A DNA stretch of 64,000 nucleotides from Candidatus Binatia bacterium. Lineage in GTDB: Bacteria > Desulfobacterota > Binatia > UBA1149. Below, piece by piece: positions 1-9,232 of this stretch. The stretch's first letter is position 1; every line of letters starts with the position of its first letter. The stretch is from assembly GCA_046754245.1 (NCBI GenBank), contig JBHHVL010000006.1, positions 13,859-77,858 of the forward strand, read 5' to 3'. Below the pieces are notes generated by a model that ran no database searches, had not been told where the DNA came from, and saw nothing but the letters and a program-made list of their open reading frames with translations. Both the position numbers and the translations under genes were made by a program.

Positions 1-85
1 CCGGCAAGCGCAGAAGCCCCAGGGAACTCACGGCCACGAAGAATGTGCCGATGAGGAGCGCCACGCTGGAGATGACCTCAATCAA
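1..85 (-). CDS. mrpG: Na+/H+ antiporter subunit G (MrpG/MnhG), 5' portion only (gene runs off window start)
   Basis: Reverse-strand translation from a TTG at 85 gives LIEVISSVALLIGTFFVAVSSLGLLRLP, typical MnhG N-terminus. It overlaps the mrpF stop by 8 nt and lies in the operon position expected after mrpF. Confidence 0.45.
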   Translation of the reverse strand, partial: MIEVISSVALLIGTFFVAVSSLGLLRLP

Positions 86-347
86 TGACTCGTCCCCGTA
101 TCAGGTACTTGGCGTAAGCGACCGTACCGAAAAACCCGACCACAGCTATCGCCATCACCGCGTCGGTGTAGTCACGTGTATCCGACAAGATTCCTGAAAC
201 CACCACGATCGCTAGAATGCAGGTGCTAAGAGCGTCGGCGGCAACGACACGATCCGCCACGCTCGGCCCCCTGGCGATTCGGTAAAGCGGCGGCAGCATG
301 GAAAGCGCCAGGACCGCGAGGGATATCGAACTCACAAAACCGATCAT
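78..347 (-). CDS. mrpF: Na+/H+ antiporter subunit F (MrpF/MnhF)
   Basis: 89-aa small hydrophobic protein at MnhF size, in mrp operon order. Confidence 0.8.
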   Translation of the reverse strand: MIGFVSSISLAVLALSMLPPLYRIARGPSVADRVVAADALSTCILAIVVVSGILSDTRDYTDAVMAIAVVGFFGTVAYAKYLIRGRVID

Positions 348-676
348 CGTTCCAGCACCGCCAGTTCTTTCTCGAACGCTTCGCGAATCGACCGTACGAC
401 TTCCTCTGGATCGCCAATGTTCAGCGTGTGCACGAACAGCGTCGATCGGTCTTCCGATACCTCAAGGGTCAAGGTGCCGGGGGTGAGGGTTATCAGGTTC
501 GCCAGCATGGTAACCCCGAGATCGCTACGCAGCTGAGTCGTGTACGCAACTATGCCCGGGCGAATAGATATGGTTGGACTCAGTACGATCCGCGCGACCT
601 GGAGGTTGGACAGCACCAGCTCCCAGAGGAACTTGATCACGAGGCGCATCGCGTAGTACGGCTTGATTATCATCGG
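344..676 (-). CDS. mrpE: Na+/H+ antiporter subunit E (MrpE/MnhE)
   Basis: The MrpE-like segment is the C-terminal ~110 aa of the long ORF 344..1474 (MIIKPYYAMRLVIKF...). The upstream part of that ORF is a frame artefact overlapping mrpD. The ATG at 676 overlaps the mrpD stop. Confidence 0.65.
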   Translation of the reverse strand, partial: PMIIKPYYAMRLVIKFLWELVLSNLQVARIVLSPTISIRPGIVAYTTQLRSDLGVTMLANLITLTPGTLTLEVSEDRSTLFVHTLNIGDPEEVVRSIREAFEKELAVLER

Positions 677-2157
677 GCTCCCCGCAAGACGGCGGCAATG
701 TAGATGGAGGGATCGAGAAGCTGTTCCGCGGCCATGTCGACGTACGGCATGAAACCGCCCCCACCGAGCCCGAGAATCACGAACGCCGCCACGAGCAACG
801 TTACAGGAACGAGTCGGGCCGTCGCTCCGGTCGTTATCTCTTCCCGCTCCGGTACGGGGCTCCAAAAAGCGTAACGGAAAATTTTCATCATAGAAAACAG
901 CGTCAGAAAACTCACGACGACGCTGACGGTAACGATCGTGAACGCGGCCTGGTCGAGGCCAGCCTGCACGAGCATGAACTTTGCGACAAATCCGCTCAGT
1001 GGAGGTACCCCCGCCAAGGCCAGCCCGGCCAACAAGAAGAGCCCGGTGAGTACTGGAGCGGTTTCCATCACCCCGCCGAGAGAGGTGAGGTGGGTAGTGC
1101 CCCTGCGTTTCTCGACCGCAGCGGCGACGAGGAACAATGACGTCTTTACGAGAATATGATGGACGATATAGAAGATAGCTCCGGCGAGCGCGACCGGGGT
1201 GAAGAGCGCGAGTCCCATGATCATGTATCCGATCTGGCTCACGATGTGGTACGAAAGGACGCGTTTGAAATCCCACTGGGACAGCGCGCCCAGAACTCCG
1301 AGGAACATCGTAGCACCGGCCACGAAGGACAACAGCGGTAACACGAAGTCCAGGTGGGCCGCAAACATCAACGATACAAGCCGGAAAAGCGCGTACACAC
1401 CGACCTTGGTGAGCAGTCCACCGAAGAGGGCGCTGATCACCGTGGGCGGGCCAAAGTACGAACGCGGAAGCCACATGTAGAGAGGGAATAACCCTCCTTT
1501 CAGCCCGAACACGACCATGAATATGAGAGCCACTACTCCACCGAGCCCCGTATCCGACAAGCTCGAAAATTTTGTGGCGATGTCCGCCATGTTGAGCGTC
1601 CCGGTGGCGCCGTAGACAAGGGCGATGCCCACGAGAAAGAGCGACGATGAAAGCGCGTTCAGAACCAAGTACTTGAATGTCTCCTGAAGCTGGTAGCCCT
1701 CACTTCCCAGCGCCATCAACGCGTACGAGCTGATCAGTAACACCTCAAACCATACAAAGAGGTTGAAGAGGTCACCAGTGAGAAAAGAGCCATTGACACC
1801 CATCAGGAGAAACTGGAACAGCGGGTAAAAGAACATCTCCTCCCTCGCCCCGTCCAGGGAACAGCACGCGAAAAGGAGCGTGGCGGTGGAAACTATCATG
1901 GTTACCAGCACCATCAGCGCCGAAAACATGTCCACCGCGAAAACGATCCCAAAGGGAGCCTCCCAGCCCCCGAAAGTCAGCACGAGCACCCCGGCTTCTC
2001 TGACTTTGTGAACCAAGATCACCGAGGAGGCGAGGGTCAGCAGATTAGCCGCCACGGCGACCCATCGGGATAGTCGCGGCGAACGGTGCATCGTTATGAG
2101 TAGCGCCCCCGCAGCCATCGGAAGAGCTACCGGAACGACGGGTAGATTACTCACCAT
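670..2157 (-). CDS. mrpD: Na+/H+ antiporter subunit D (MrpD, NuoN/NuoM-like proton-pumping subunit)
   Basis: 495-aa polytopic protein with complex I antiporter-like motifs (WLPxAMxxPTPVSAL-like region, many TM helices). Confidence 0.9.
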   Translation of the reverse strand: MVSNLPVVPVALPMAAGALLITMHRSPRLSRWVAVAANLLTLASSVILVHKVREAGVLVLTFGGWEAPFGIVFAVDMFSALMVLVTMIVSTATLLFACCSLDGAREEMFFYPLFQFLLMGVNGSFLTGDLFNLFVWFEVLLISSYALMALGSEGYQLQETFKYLVLNALSSSLFLVGIALVYGATGTLNMADIATKFSSLSDTGLGGVVALIFMVVFGLKGGLFPLYMWLPRSYFGPPTVISALFGGLLTKVGVYALFRLVSLMFAAHLDFVLPLLSFVAGATMFLGVLGALSQWDFKRVLSYHIVSQIGYMIMGLALFTPVALAGAIFYIVHHILVKTSLFLVAAAVEKRRGTTHLTSLGGVMETAPVLTGLFLLAGLALAGVPPLSGFVAKFMLVQAGLDQAAFTIVTVSVVVSFLTLFSMMKIFRYAFWSPVPEREEITTGATARLVPVTLLVAAFVILGLGGGGFMPYVDMAAEQLLDPSIYIAAVLRGAR

Positions 2158-2488
2158 CGACTACACCGTGAAGATCCCCGAGGTCATCGGTATGATGAAA
2201 AAGATAAGTCTTGTAGGCCAGGGACAGAAGCAGAGCGGTAACTCCAAAGCCGATGACTATCGCCGTCAGTATGAGGGCCTGGGGCAGGGGGTCCACGGTA
2301 ACCGCGGCGCCTTCCGTCATGATCGGTGCCGAACCGGATTCGAGCCCCCCAGCGGCTAGTAACATCAGGTTGATTCCGTTCGAGAGCAGCCCCAGGCCCA
2401 GTACGACCCTCAGCAGAGTGCGATCGAGTAGCAGATATAGGCCGCAACTCATGAAGACGGCGACGACCAGCAAGATCGGAATTTGCAT
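2147..2488 (-). CDS. mrpC: Na+/H+ antiporter subunit C (MrpC, NuoK-like)
   Basis: 114-aa product [21 protein letters not shown]... from an ATG at 2488 inside the listed longer ORF; Nuo4L/MnhC-like. Confidence 0.8.
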   Translation of the reverse strand: MQIPILLVVAVFMSCGLYLLLDRTLLRVVLGLGLLSNGINLMLLAAGGLESGSAPIMTEGAAVTVDPLPQALILTAIVIGFGVTALLLSLAYKTYLFHHTDDLGDLHGVVDGE

Positions 2489-2904
2489 CAGCGCTGATCC
2501 GTCATGGCTCTGATGACCGTGACCACGTTGCCGACGACCACGACGTAGACACCGAGGTCGAAGAGAGAGGCGGTGGCAAGTTCGATCTTGCCCAGAAGCG
2601 GGACGTCCACAAATCCGAAGGTGTGGGTGAAGAACTCGTAACCGAGAACGGTGGGAGCAAAGGCCGTCAGCGCCGCTATCCCGAGGCCACCCGCGATTAC
2701 GTATGTGAAGACCGGACTGTCGACGGTAAGCGGATCCCGCCCATCGCTGAGGTACCTCAGCACCACGGCGACCGCCGTCAACAGGCCCGCGATGAACCCC
2801 CCACCGGGAGCGTTGTGTCCCTTGAGGAAAAGGAAAGCTGCAAACAGCAGTAGCAGCGGCCACAGCAGGCGAACCACGGTACTGAGGATCAAGGACCGCG
2901 TCAC
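2488..2904 (-). CDS. mrpB: Na+/H+ antiporter subunit B (MrpB/MnhB)
   Basis: 138-aa membrane protein, MnhB-like, in operon position. Confidence 0.75.
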   Translation of the reverse strand: MTRSLILSTVVRLLWPLLLLFAAFLFLKGHNAPGGGFIAGLLTAVAVVLRYLSDGRDPLTVDSPVFTYVIAGGLGIAALTAFAPTVLGYEFFTHTFGFVDVPLLGKIELATASLFDLGVYVVVVGNVVTVIRAMTDQR

Positions 2905-5192
2905 CGGTTCACCTCCTTAGAGCCCCTGAGCTTGATGATCGCGAAACAGGCCAGTGCTGCTATCCCAAGCACGGTAATTTCGCCGAAGGTGTCCAGGCCC
3001 CTGAAATCCACGAGAATGACGTTGACGATGTTGTGACCACCAGCCGCCTCGACACTGCTGTCGCGGAAAAATTCGGCGAGCCGGCTAGCGCCCCGTTGCG
3101 AACGGGCCGAGGCCAACAGCACCGTAGATCCAAACCCCACCAGGCAAGAAAGCAACATGTGCCCGAAACGTGGACGCCTCTTGCGAACAGCAGCGTAGGG
3201 GGGCAGATACGCGAAAGCGGCGAGAAACAGGGCCACTGAAACGGTTTCGACCATTATCTGGGTCAACGCCAGATCAGGGGCGCTCAATAGCGCGAAGAGG
3301 AGGGCTATGCTGAAGCCGCTGGCCCCCAGCGCTAGAATGGCGGCAAGCCGTGTGGTGGCCACCGCGGTACCGATCGCAGCCGCGAGCGCGACACCGCATA
3401 CCAGATACTCGAAAGGCAAGGCAGCTCGATCGGCCCAGGGGCCGACTGCCGGAAGACCGGCACTGAGCAAGAACGCCGCGACGCTTGCGCACAGAACCCA
3501 TAGTACCGTCGCGCAGTAACGCCACAGCAAGCCGCTCATGTAAAGAGAGGTGAGCTGTTTCGAGCGCCGCTCGAGTTCGGCAAGGAAACGATCGTACAGA
3601 CGATCGGAGATAAGCCGCGGAGCCACTGGCACCCTCGTGATCCACCAGCAGCGGTACAATAGCGCTCCGCAAGCGATAATCGACGCACTGAGTAGCAGGT
3701 TGGGCGTAAACCCGTGCCAGAGCGCGAGATGGATATCGGCTGCTGAGGAAGCCGATGAAGCGGCCCGAGAAGCGGCGGTCACAAGATCGCCGACCAACGC
3801 TTCAGGAAACAGCCCGAGCAACACCGTGACAACCACCAACAAGGCCGGACCCCAGAGCAGCCCAAGACCAGGATCGCGCCCGACGCTCGCGTCGCCGCGG
3901 CGGCCGCGGGCGAGGCCCGCCACCAGGGCGAGCGAATAGCCCGCCGTGAGAACCGATCCCACTACCGCGACCAACGCCATGAGGAACGGCCCACCCATCA
4001 TCGTTTCGAGGAACATCTCCTTCGAGACGAACCCGCTGAGCGGCGGAACCCCCGCCATAGCCAAGGCAGCCACGGCGAGCAGGACCCAGCTCCGTGGCAT
4101 GGAACGTCGCAGCGGCCCCATGCTCATGAGGTCGCGGGTGTGCAGTGAATGCTCGATCACGCCAACGAGAAGAAAGAGGGCGCCCTTGAAGCTCGCGTGG
4201 TTGATGAGATGAAAAACTCCCACCGCAGCCGAGGCGGTATCGGCCGGCGCCAGCAGTGCCATGATGAGCCCGAGCTGGCTGACCGTGGAAAACGCCAGCA
4301 GCGCTTTGAGATCCCTTTGGCGGAGCGCCATGAGGCCGCCCCAGAACATCGTCACGATTCCCAGGGTCGCTAGAACCGGCGTCCAGAAACTCACCGCCGC
4401 CATCAACGGACCGAGTCGTGCGACGAGATAGAGTCCGGCTTTGACCATCGTCGCGGCGTGAAGGTAAGCGCTTACCGGCGTGGGGGCTTCCATCGCACTG
4501 GGGAGCCAGAGGTGGAAGGGGAACTGGGCGGATTTTGTGATCGCTCCGACGATGATCAGCGCCGCCGCAGGGACCGCCCAGGGGCTATCGAGCAAAGCCT
4601 CCGAACGTTGCAAGACCACCGGGATTTCGAAGCTGCCACAAGCCAGTCCCAGCATCACGAAAGCAACGAGAAGGGCGAGGCCTCCGCTCCCTGTAACGAC
4701 CAGGGCCTTGAGAGCTCCGTAACGGGATCGATCCCTCTCGTGCCAGTAACCGATGAGCAAGAACGATGTCACGCTGGTCATCTCCCAGAATACAAACAGA
4801 GAGATCAGGTTCGCCGACAGCACCGTCCCCATCATCGCCCCCATGAAGAGGAGCAAGAACACGAAGAACCGCCGTATGTTCTCACTACCGTCGAGGTAGA
4901 CCGTGGCGTAAGCACAGATTATCGCGCCGAGAGAACTCACCAGTAGAGCGAAGGTGAGACTCAGCCCGTCAGCAAGCAGCGAGAAGGCTAGACCGAGCTC
5001 GGGAATCCAGCCAAAGCTGGCGAATCCGGTGCCGCCTTTTAGGGATAGGAAAGCCCACACGCAAGCGACAAAGCTGAGCAGCGCGGTCAGCGAGGCGATG
5101 ACTCCGGCACGACGGGAGTGCCGGGAACTCGCCGTCGCCACGATCAGCGCACCGGCGAAAGGAAGCGAGACGGCGATGAATAGGAGACCCAT
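2901..5192 (-). CDS. mrpA: Na+/H+ antiporter subunit A (MrpA, NuoL-like, with C-terminal MrpB-like extension)
   Basis: 763-aa protein; the N-terminal ~500 aa is NuoL/NDH5-like (GYWHE..., [25 protein letters not shown]). Its 4-nt overlap with mrpB and the B-C-D overlaps indicate translational coupling. Confidence 0.9.
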   Translation of the reverse strand: MGLLFIAVSLPFAGALIVATASSRHSRRAGVIASLTALLSFVACVWAFLSLKGGTGFASFGWIPELGLAFSLLADGLSLTFALLVSSLGAIICAYATVYLDGSENIRRFFVFLLLFMGAMMGTVLSANLISLFVFWEMTSVTSFLLIGYWHERDRSRYGALKALVVTGSGGLALLVAFVMLGLACGSFEIPVVLQRSEALLDSPWAVPAAALIIVGAITKSAQFPFHLWLPSAMEAPTPVSAYLHAATMVKAGLYLVARLGPLMAAVSFWTPVLATLGIVTMFWGGLMALRQRDLKALLAFSTVSQLGLIMALLAPADTASAAVGVFHLINHASFKGALFLLVGVIEHSLHTRDLMSMGPLRRSMPRSWVLLAVAALAMAGVPPLSGFVSKEMFLETMMGGPFLMALVAVVGSVLTAGYSLALVAGLARGRRGDASVGRDPGLGLLWGPALLVVVTVLLGLFPEALVGDLVTAASRAASSASSAADIHLALWHGFTPNLLLSASIIACGALLYRCWWITRVPVAPRLISDRLYDRFLAELERRSKQLTSLYMSGLLWRYCATVLWVLCASVAAFLLSAGLPAVGPWADRAALPFEYLVCGVALAAAIGTAVATTRLAAILALGASGFSIALLFALLSAPDLALTQIMVETVSVALFLAAFAYLPPYAAVRKRRPRFGHMLLSCLVGFGSTVLLASARSQRGASRLAEFFRDSSVEAAGGHNIVNVILVDFRGLDTFGEITVLGIAALACFAIIKLRGSKEVNR

Positions 5193-5221
5193 TACAGGCT
5201 ATCGCCGCAGGGCGACGCGCT

Positions 5222-6250
5222 TCAACTCAGCTCGATCATCCTCTCGAGCGATATACGTGCAGCTTCACATATCTCGGGTGCGAGTAATATCTCGTCGCGC
5301 CCCGTAACGAGGGCGTCTCTTGTTCCTTCAAGCGAGATCATCTTCATGTACTTGCAGAGCTGGCATGACTTGAAGAACCGCTTATCGGGAACCTCCAGCA
5401 TCAGTCGGTCCGACAGACCGCACTCCGTGACGATCAGAAAATCCCTGGCTTCGCTCTCGGTAGCGTACTTCACCATGCCACTGGTGCTGAGCACCGCGTC
5501 CGCAGACTGCAGAACGTCCTCTCGGCATTCTGGGTGCGCGAGGACCCGAATCTGCGGCCGAGCCCGGCGAACGCTTTCGACCTGCTCGGGCCGAATCTGA
5601 TGGTGTACGTAGCAGTTGCCGTTCCACGGAATGATATTCTTGCTCGTGTTCTTGGCAACGTAAGCCGCAAGATTTTCATCGGGAACGAAGAGGATGTTCT
5701 CGCTTTCCAAATTGCCAACGATCCTCACGGCGTTCGATGAGGTACAGCAGACGTCGGTTACCGCCTTAACCTCTGCCGTCGTGTTGACGTAGGATACCAC
5801 CATCAGATCCGGGTAAACCCTGCGCAGTTCGTCTCGGCGTTCGACAAGGGCCTCGGCGTCGACGCTCTCAGCGAGCGAACACCCGGCACGGGCGTCGGGG
5901 ATGAGTACCCGTTTGCCAGGCGAGAGGATCTTGGCGGTTTCCGCCATGAAGTGAACGCCACAGAAAACGATGGTAGAGCGGTCGACGTCGGTCGCCTTCC
6001 TGGCCAATTCGAGAGAATCTCCAACAAAATCAGCTACCTCGAAAATTTCCGGGCGCTGGTAGTTGTGCGCCAGAATCACCGCGTCCTGTTGGCGTTTCAG
6101 CTCGAGAATCTCCCCGACCAAGGTCCGAATGCGACCGCACTCTTCGAAAGAGTATTCGTCCGGCGCGTCGAGGACCTTGAACTGTTCAAACAGGGTCTCG
6201 GCGTCTTTGCTGTGAGCCGCTGCGACTGGCATACGAAGGTGTCCGGACAC
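5222..6250 (-). CDS. nadA: quinolinate synthase A
   Basis: 342 aa with NadA signature stretches (VILAHNYQ, CGVHFMAET, VVSYVNTTAEVKA, AHPECRE). Confidence 0.9.
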   Translation of the reverse strand: MSGHLRMPVAAAHSKDAETLFEQFKVLDAPDEYSFEECGRIRTLVGEILELKRQQDAVILAHNYQRPEIFEVADFVGDSLELARKATDVDRSTIVFCGVHFMAETAKILSPGKRVLIPDARAGCSLAESVDAEALVERRDELRRVYPDLMVVSYVNTTAEVKAVTDVCCTSSNAVRIVGNLESENILFVPDENLAAYVAKNTSKNIIPWNGNCYVHHQIRPEQVESVRRARPQIRVLAHPECREDVLQSADAVLSTSGMVKYATESEARDFLIVTECGLSDRLMLEVPDKRFFKSCQLCKYMKMISLEGTRDALVTGRDEILLAPEICEAARISLERMIELS

Positions 6251-6333
6251 CGAAGTGTCAATTAATGCTGCGCCAGTCCCGGCGTTGGGTCAAACGCCCG
6301 TGGCAAGCGGTTTTCGTAGGGGGTAGTTCCGGC

Positions 6334-6588
6334 ATGGAAGGGGAATCATCGTTCAACGAGCGGTTCATCGCGGATCTCGAGCAGATGGTCAAACAGCAGC
6401 AGGACAAGGTACTCGATCTCGCTCGCCGTCTCAGGCCGGGCCTTACCGCGGAAGACGTCCTGAATCCGCAGGACTACGTCGAACTCAGAGACAACACAGC
6501 GTTTTCCTTTGAAGATGGCGTCTGTGCTGGTCTCAGAAGCGCTCTCGCTGCGGCACGAAGAAGAGCGAGGGGCGGAGTCGAGGACTGA
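6334..6588 (+). CDS. hypothetical acidic 84-aa protein
   Basis: ORF starting MEGESSFNERFIADLEQMVKQQQDKVLDLARRL with coding-like high GC3 codon usage; no family recognised. An alternative upstream start at 6265 sits immediately divergent from the nadA start. Confidence 0.4.
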   Translation: MEGESSFNERFIADLEQMVKQQQDKVLDLARRLRPGLTAEDVLNPQDYVELRDNTAFSFEDGVCAGLRSALAAARRRARGGVED

Positions 6589-6612
6589 CCGCTCGACGCC
6601 GGGGTTCGGGAT

Positions 6613-7728
6613 TCAGCTCTTGCACTCGATCAACGCTTGCTCGATCTCGAGGCGCACCGGTAAGACGTCGCGGCCTGCGGCTCGCGAGAGGGCGGCTCGC
6701 GCAGCCACCCCTCCCAGCGCACCCAGCGCCCAGGCCGCGTGCGCCCGCACCAGAGCCTCGTCGTGCTTGAATAGTGTCTCTTCGAGCCAGGGCACAGCCT
6801 CCGCGTCACCGGTGTTGCCGAGCGCCACCGCGGCGTTGCGTGCGAGGCCCCGCCTGCGAGCACGCGAGACGGCGGTGGATCCATAGCGTTGTAAGAATTC
6901 TTCCTGGCTGAGGGAGAGTAGCTCAGGCAAAAAGGGGTTGAGGAAGTCATTGTCTGCCGTGTAATCGACTTTGTCGTTCCAGGGACAGACTTCTTGGCAG
7001 ATATCACATCCGAAAACCCAGGCGCCGAGCCGTCCGCGAAGTTCTCGTGGAATCGGGCCACGTAGCTCTATGGTGAGGTAAGAAATACAGCGCTTGGCAT
7101 CCAACGTCGGCCCATGATCGAGAGCCGAGGTAGGGCAAGCCGGGAGACAGGCCCGGCAATCGCCACAGTGCCGCTGCTCGAAAGGAGGGTCGGCCGGCAG
7201 TTGCACCTGCGTGATCAGAGCCCCCAACAGCAACCACGACCCCTGATCCTTAGTCAAGATATTGGTGTTGTAACCGAACCACCCCAGGCCCGCGCGCTGT
7301 GCCAAGTCCTTTTCCATCAACGGTCCTGCGTCAACCTGAATAGCGCAGGGAGACGCGGACCAGCGCGCCACCGACTCGGCGAGAACGCCCAGCCGCCGCT
7401 CCATGGCGCGGTGATAATCCTCTCCGGCGGCATAGGCGGCGATTCGCCCCCTGAGCCCGTCCTTAGAAGAAGGCCCAGACGAAGGAGGCGCGGGATAGGG
7501 CCAGCTCACAACGACGACGCTCGCTGCCCCTTCCAGCGACAAGCGGGGATCGAGGCGGCGCTCGATGTCACGTCCCAGGTAGGCCATGTAGCCCTGCCGT
7601 CCCGCCGCGAGCCAGCGTTGAAGGACAAGCCGTCTCGCGAGAGGTTGCGCCGAGGTGAAACGGCAGTGGGAAAAGCCCAAGGCCATGGCGGAATCGCGAA
7701 TTCGCTCTCTGAGTTGCAGTCTGGTCAT
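6613..7728 (-). CDS. queG: tRNA epoxyqueuosine(34) reductase QueG
   Basis: 371 aa with two CxxCxxCxxxCP 4Fe-4S ferredoxin motifs (CGDCRACLPACP, CDICQEVCPWN) and a C-terminal HEAT-like region (AHAAWALGALGG), as in QueG. Confidence 0.85.
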   Translation of the reverse strand: MTRLQLRERIRDSAMALGFSHCRFTSAQPLARRLVLQRWLAAGRQGYMAYLGRDIERRLDPRLSLEGAASVVVVSWPYPAPPSSGPSSKDGLRGRIAAYAAGEDYHRAMERRLGVLAESVARWSASPCAIQVDAGPLMEKDLAQRAGLGWFGYNTNILTKDQGSWLLLGALITQVQLPADPPFEQRHCGDCRACLPACPTSALDHGPTLDAKRCISYLTIELRGPIPRELRGRLGAWVFGCDICQEVCPWNDKVDYTADNDFLNPFLPELLSLSQEEFLQRYGSTAVSRARRRGLARNAAVALGNTGDAEAVPWLEETLFKHDEALVRAHAAWALGALGGVAARAALSRAAGRDVLPVRLEIEQALIECKS

Positions 7729-7812
7729 GGTCCGCTACGGGGAGCTTGCACGAGAAGGATACACAGGCAACACTCTTTGTTGAGCGCTACCGCCCGTTGG
7801 CGCTTAGAGGAC

Positions 7813-8151
7813 ATGGATAACCCATTGATCGAACTCACTCCTCGCGCGATCGATCGCATAGTAGAAATCCTCAACGACAAGGGCCTCGAGGGCTACGGCC
7901 TCCGTGTGGGCGTCGTCGCGGGCGGTTGCTCGGGATACGAATATTCCGTGAAGTTCGTCGAGGAACCCACCGAGACGGACCGGGTATACCAACTCGACGG
8001 TTTCCGGCTTTTCGTCGATGCGGAGGCTATCGAAAAGATCGCGGGAACCGTCATTGACTACATCGATGGACTCCATGGTGCGGGCCTGCGGTTTTCCAAT
8101 CCTCAAGCCGTCAACACCTGTGGCTGCGGAACCTCCTTCTCTACGAAGTAA
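7813..8151 (+). CDS. erpA: iron-sulfur cluster insertion protein (ErpA/IscA, HesB family)
   Basis: 112-aa product MDNPLIELTPRAIDRI... with an A-type carrier C-terminus CGCGTSF. The listed 345-aa ORF is a spurious upstream extension. Confidence 0.85.
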   Translation: MDNPLIELTPRAIDRIVEILNDKGLEGYGLRVGVVAGGCSGYEYSVKFVEEPTETDRVYQLDGFRLFVDAEAIEKIAGTVIDYIDGLHGAGLRFSNPQAVNTCGCGTSFSTK

Positions 8152-9232
8152 GCTGTCCACCTCGAATTTCAGGATCTCCGCGTACATTTCCGGGCACGGT
8201 TACGGCCATCTGGTGCGTAGTGGGGAACTGTTTAGCGAACTCGCTTCGCGACAAGCGCTTACCTTGGAGGTCGTTACCGACGGTCCGTGGAAACTGTGGC
8301 CGAGGGAGCTCCGCCCCATCTCTTCCTGGCGTGAGCAGCCCTGCGACGTCGGCGTCGTTCAGAAGGGCGAGTTCAGCGTGGACCGGCAGGCGACCTTCGA
8401 GCGTTTGCGTCGCTGGCGCCACCGTTACCGGGATCTGGTAGAAGCCGAGGCGGCGCGGCTCCGTTCTCACGCTGACGTCGTCTTCGGCGATCTGCCGCCA
8501 CTCGCTTTTGACGCCGCCGCTCTGGCCCAGATCCCCTCGGTAGGAATGGCCAATTTCTCGTGGGACTGGATCTACGAACAGATGGGCTTCTTTGAGGACG
8601 CCAACGCTGCGGCCCGAGCTTACGCCTGCGCCGACATGCTCATAGAACTTTCCCCAGGCGCCCCGATGCGGGCTTTTGCCCACCGCGTTGACGGGGGATT
8701 GCTGGGACGCCGGGCTTCCGCCTCGCGAGCGGCTTTGGGGCAGGCCGTTGGCGCCAAACCCTCGCAAGCGGTTATCCTGGTAAGCCTTCGGTCGAGCTGG
8801 ACACGGTCCTTTAGCTTTCCCGCGACCGGCGACGAGGTGTTGTACCTTTTCGACGGCGAGCACCCCGATCATCCTTGTGCTCGCATGGTTCCGGACGGCT
8901 GGCGCTACGTCGACGTGGTCGGAGCTAGCGACGCCGTGGTGACAAAACCAGGTTACGGAATCATAGGAGACTGTTCGGCAAACGGCGTGCGAATGCTCTA
9001 CGCCTTACCGGATGGTTTTCCCGAACACAGAGTTCTTCACGCATGGCTGCGTAAACGTCCCGGCTGCTCCGAAATCAGTGCCCAGCAACTCGAAACGGGC
9101 CGCTGGCGGGAAGACCTGTATGCACTGCTTGAAGCTTCCCCACCAGCACCGGAGCCGGGCGCAGGCGGGGCCCGTGCGGCGAGTCTCCTCGATGCATTCC
9201 TGAAGCGGGCGGCCGAACCAGATCAGGTCTAA
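8066..9232 (+). CDS. glycosyltransferase, GT-B fold (Glyco_trans_1_3 / MurG-like family) - start uncertain
   Basis: N-terminal ISGHGYGHLVRSG matches the GxGHxxR signature of MurG-like or UDP-glycosyltransferase family members. No in-frame ATG follows the erpA stop, so the start is one of the internal Met codons (8066/8075, overlapping erpA by ~80 nt) or a non-canonical codon near 8160. Confidence 0.5.
   Translation: MDSMVRACGFPILKPSTPVAAEPPSLRSKLSTSNFRISAYISGHGYGHLVRSGELFSELASRQALTLEVVTDGPWKLWPRELRPISSWREQPCDVGVVQKGEFSVDRQATFERLRRWRHRYRDLVEAEAARLRSHADVVFGDLPPLAFDAAALAQIPSVGMANFSWDWIYEQMGFFEDANAAARAYACADMLIELSPGAPMRAFAHRVDGGLLGRRASASRAALGQAVGAKPSQAVILVSLRSSWTRSFSFPATGDEVLYLFDGEHPDHPCARMVPDGWRYVDVVGASDAVVTKPGYGIIGDCSANGVRMLYALPDGFPEHRVLHAWLRKRPGCSEISAQQLETGRWREDLYALLEASPPAPEPGAGGARAASLLDAFLKRAAEPDQV

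Noticed and set aside
344-1474. 376-aa ORF on the minus strand spanning mrpE and much of mrpD in another frame
   Set aside because: Only its last ~110 codons look like MrpE. The rest has Arg/Pro/Gly-rich low-complexity translation typical of an alternative frame in GC-rich coding DNA, and it fully overlaps the well-supported mrpD.
7114-7812. 345-aa upstream extension of the erpA ORF running antisense through queG
   Set aside because: ErpA homology starts at MDNPLIELTP (7813). The extension is antisense to a confidently called gene and is compositionally non-protein-like.
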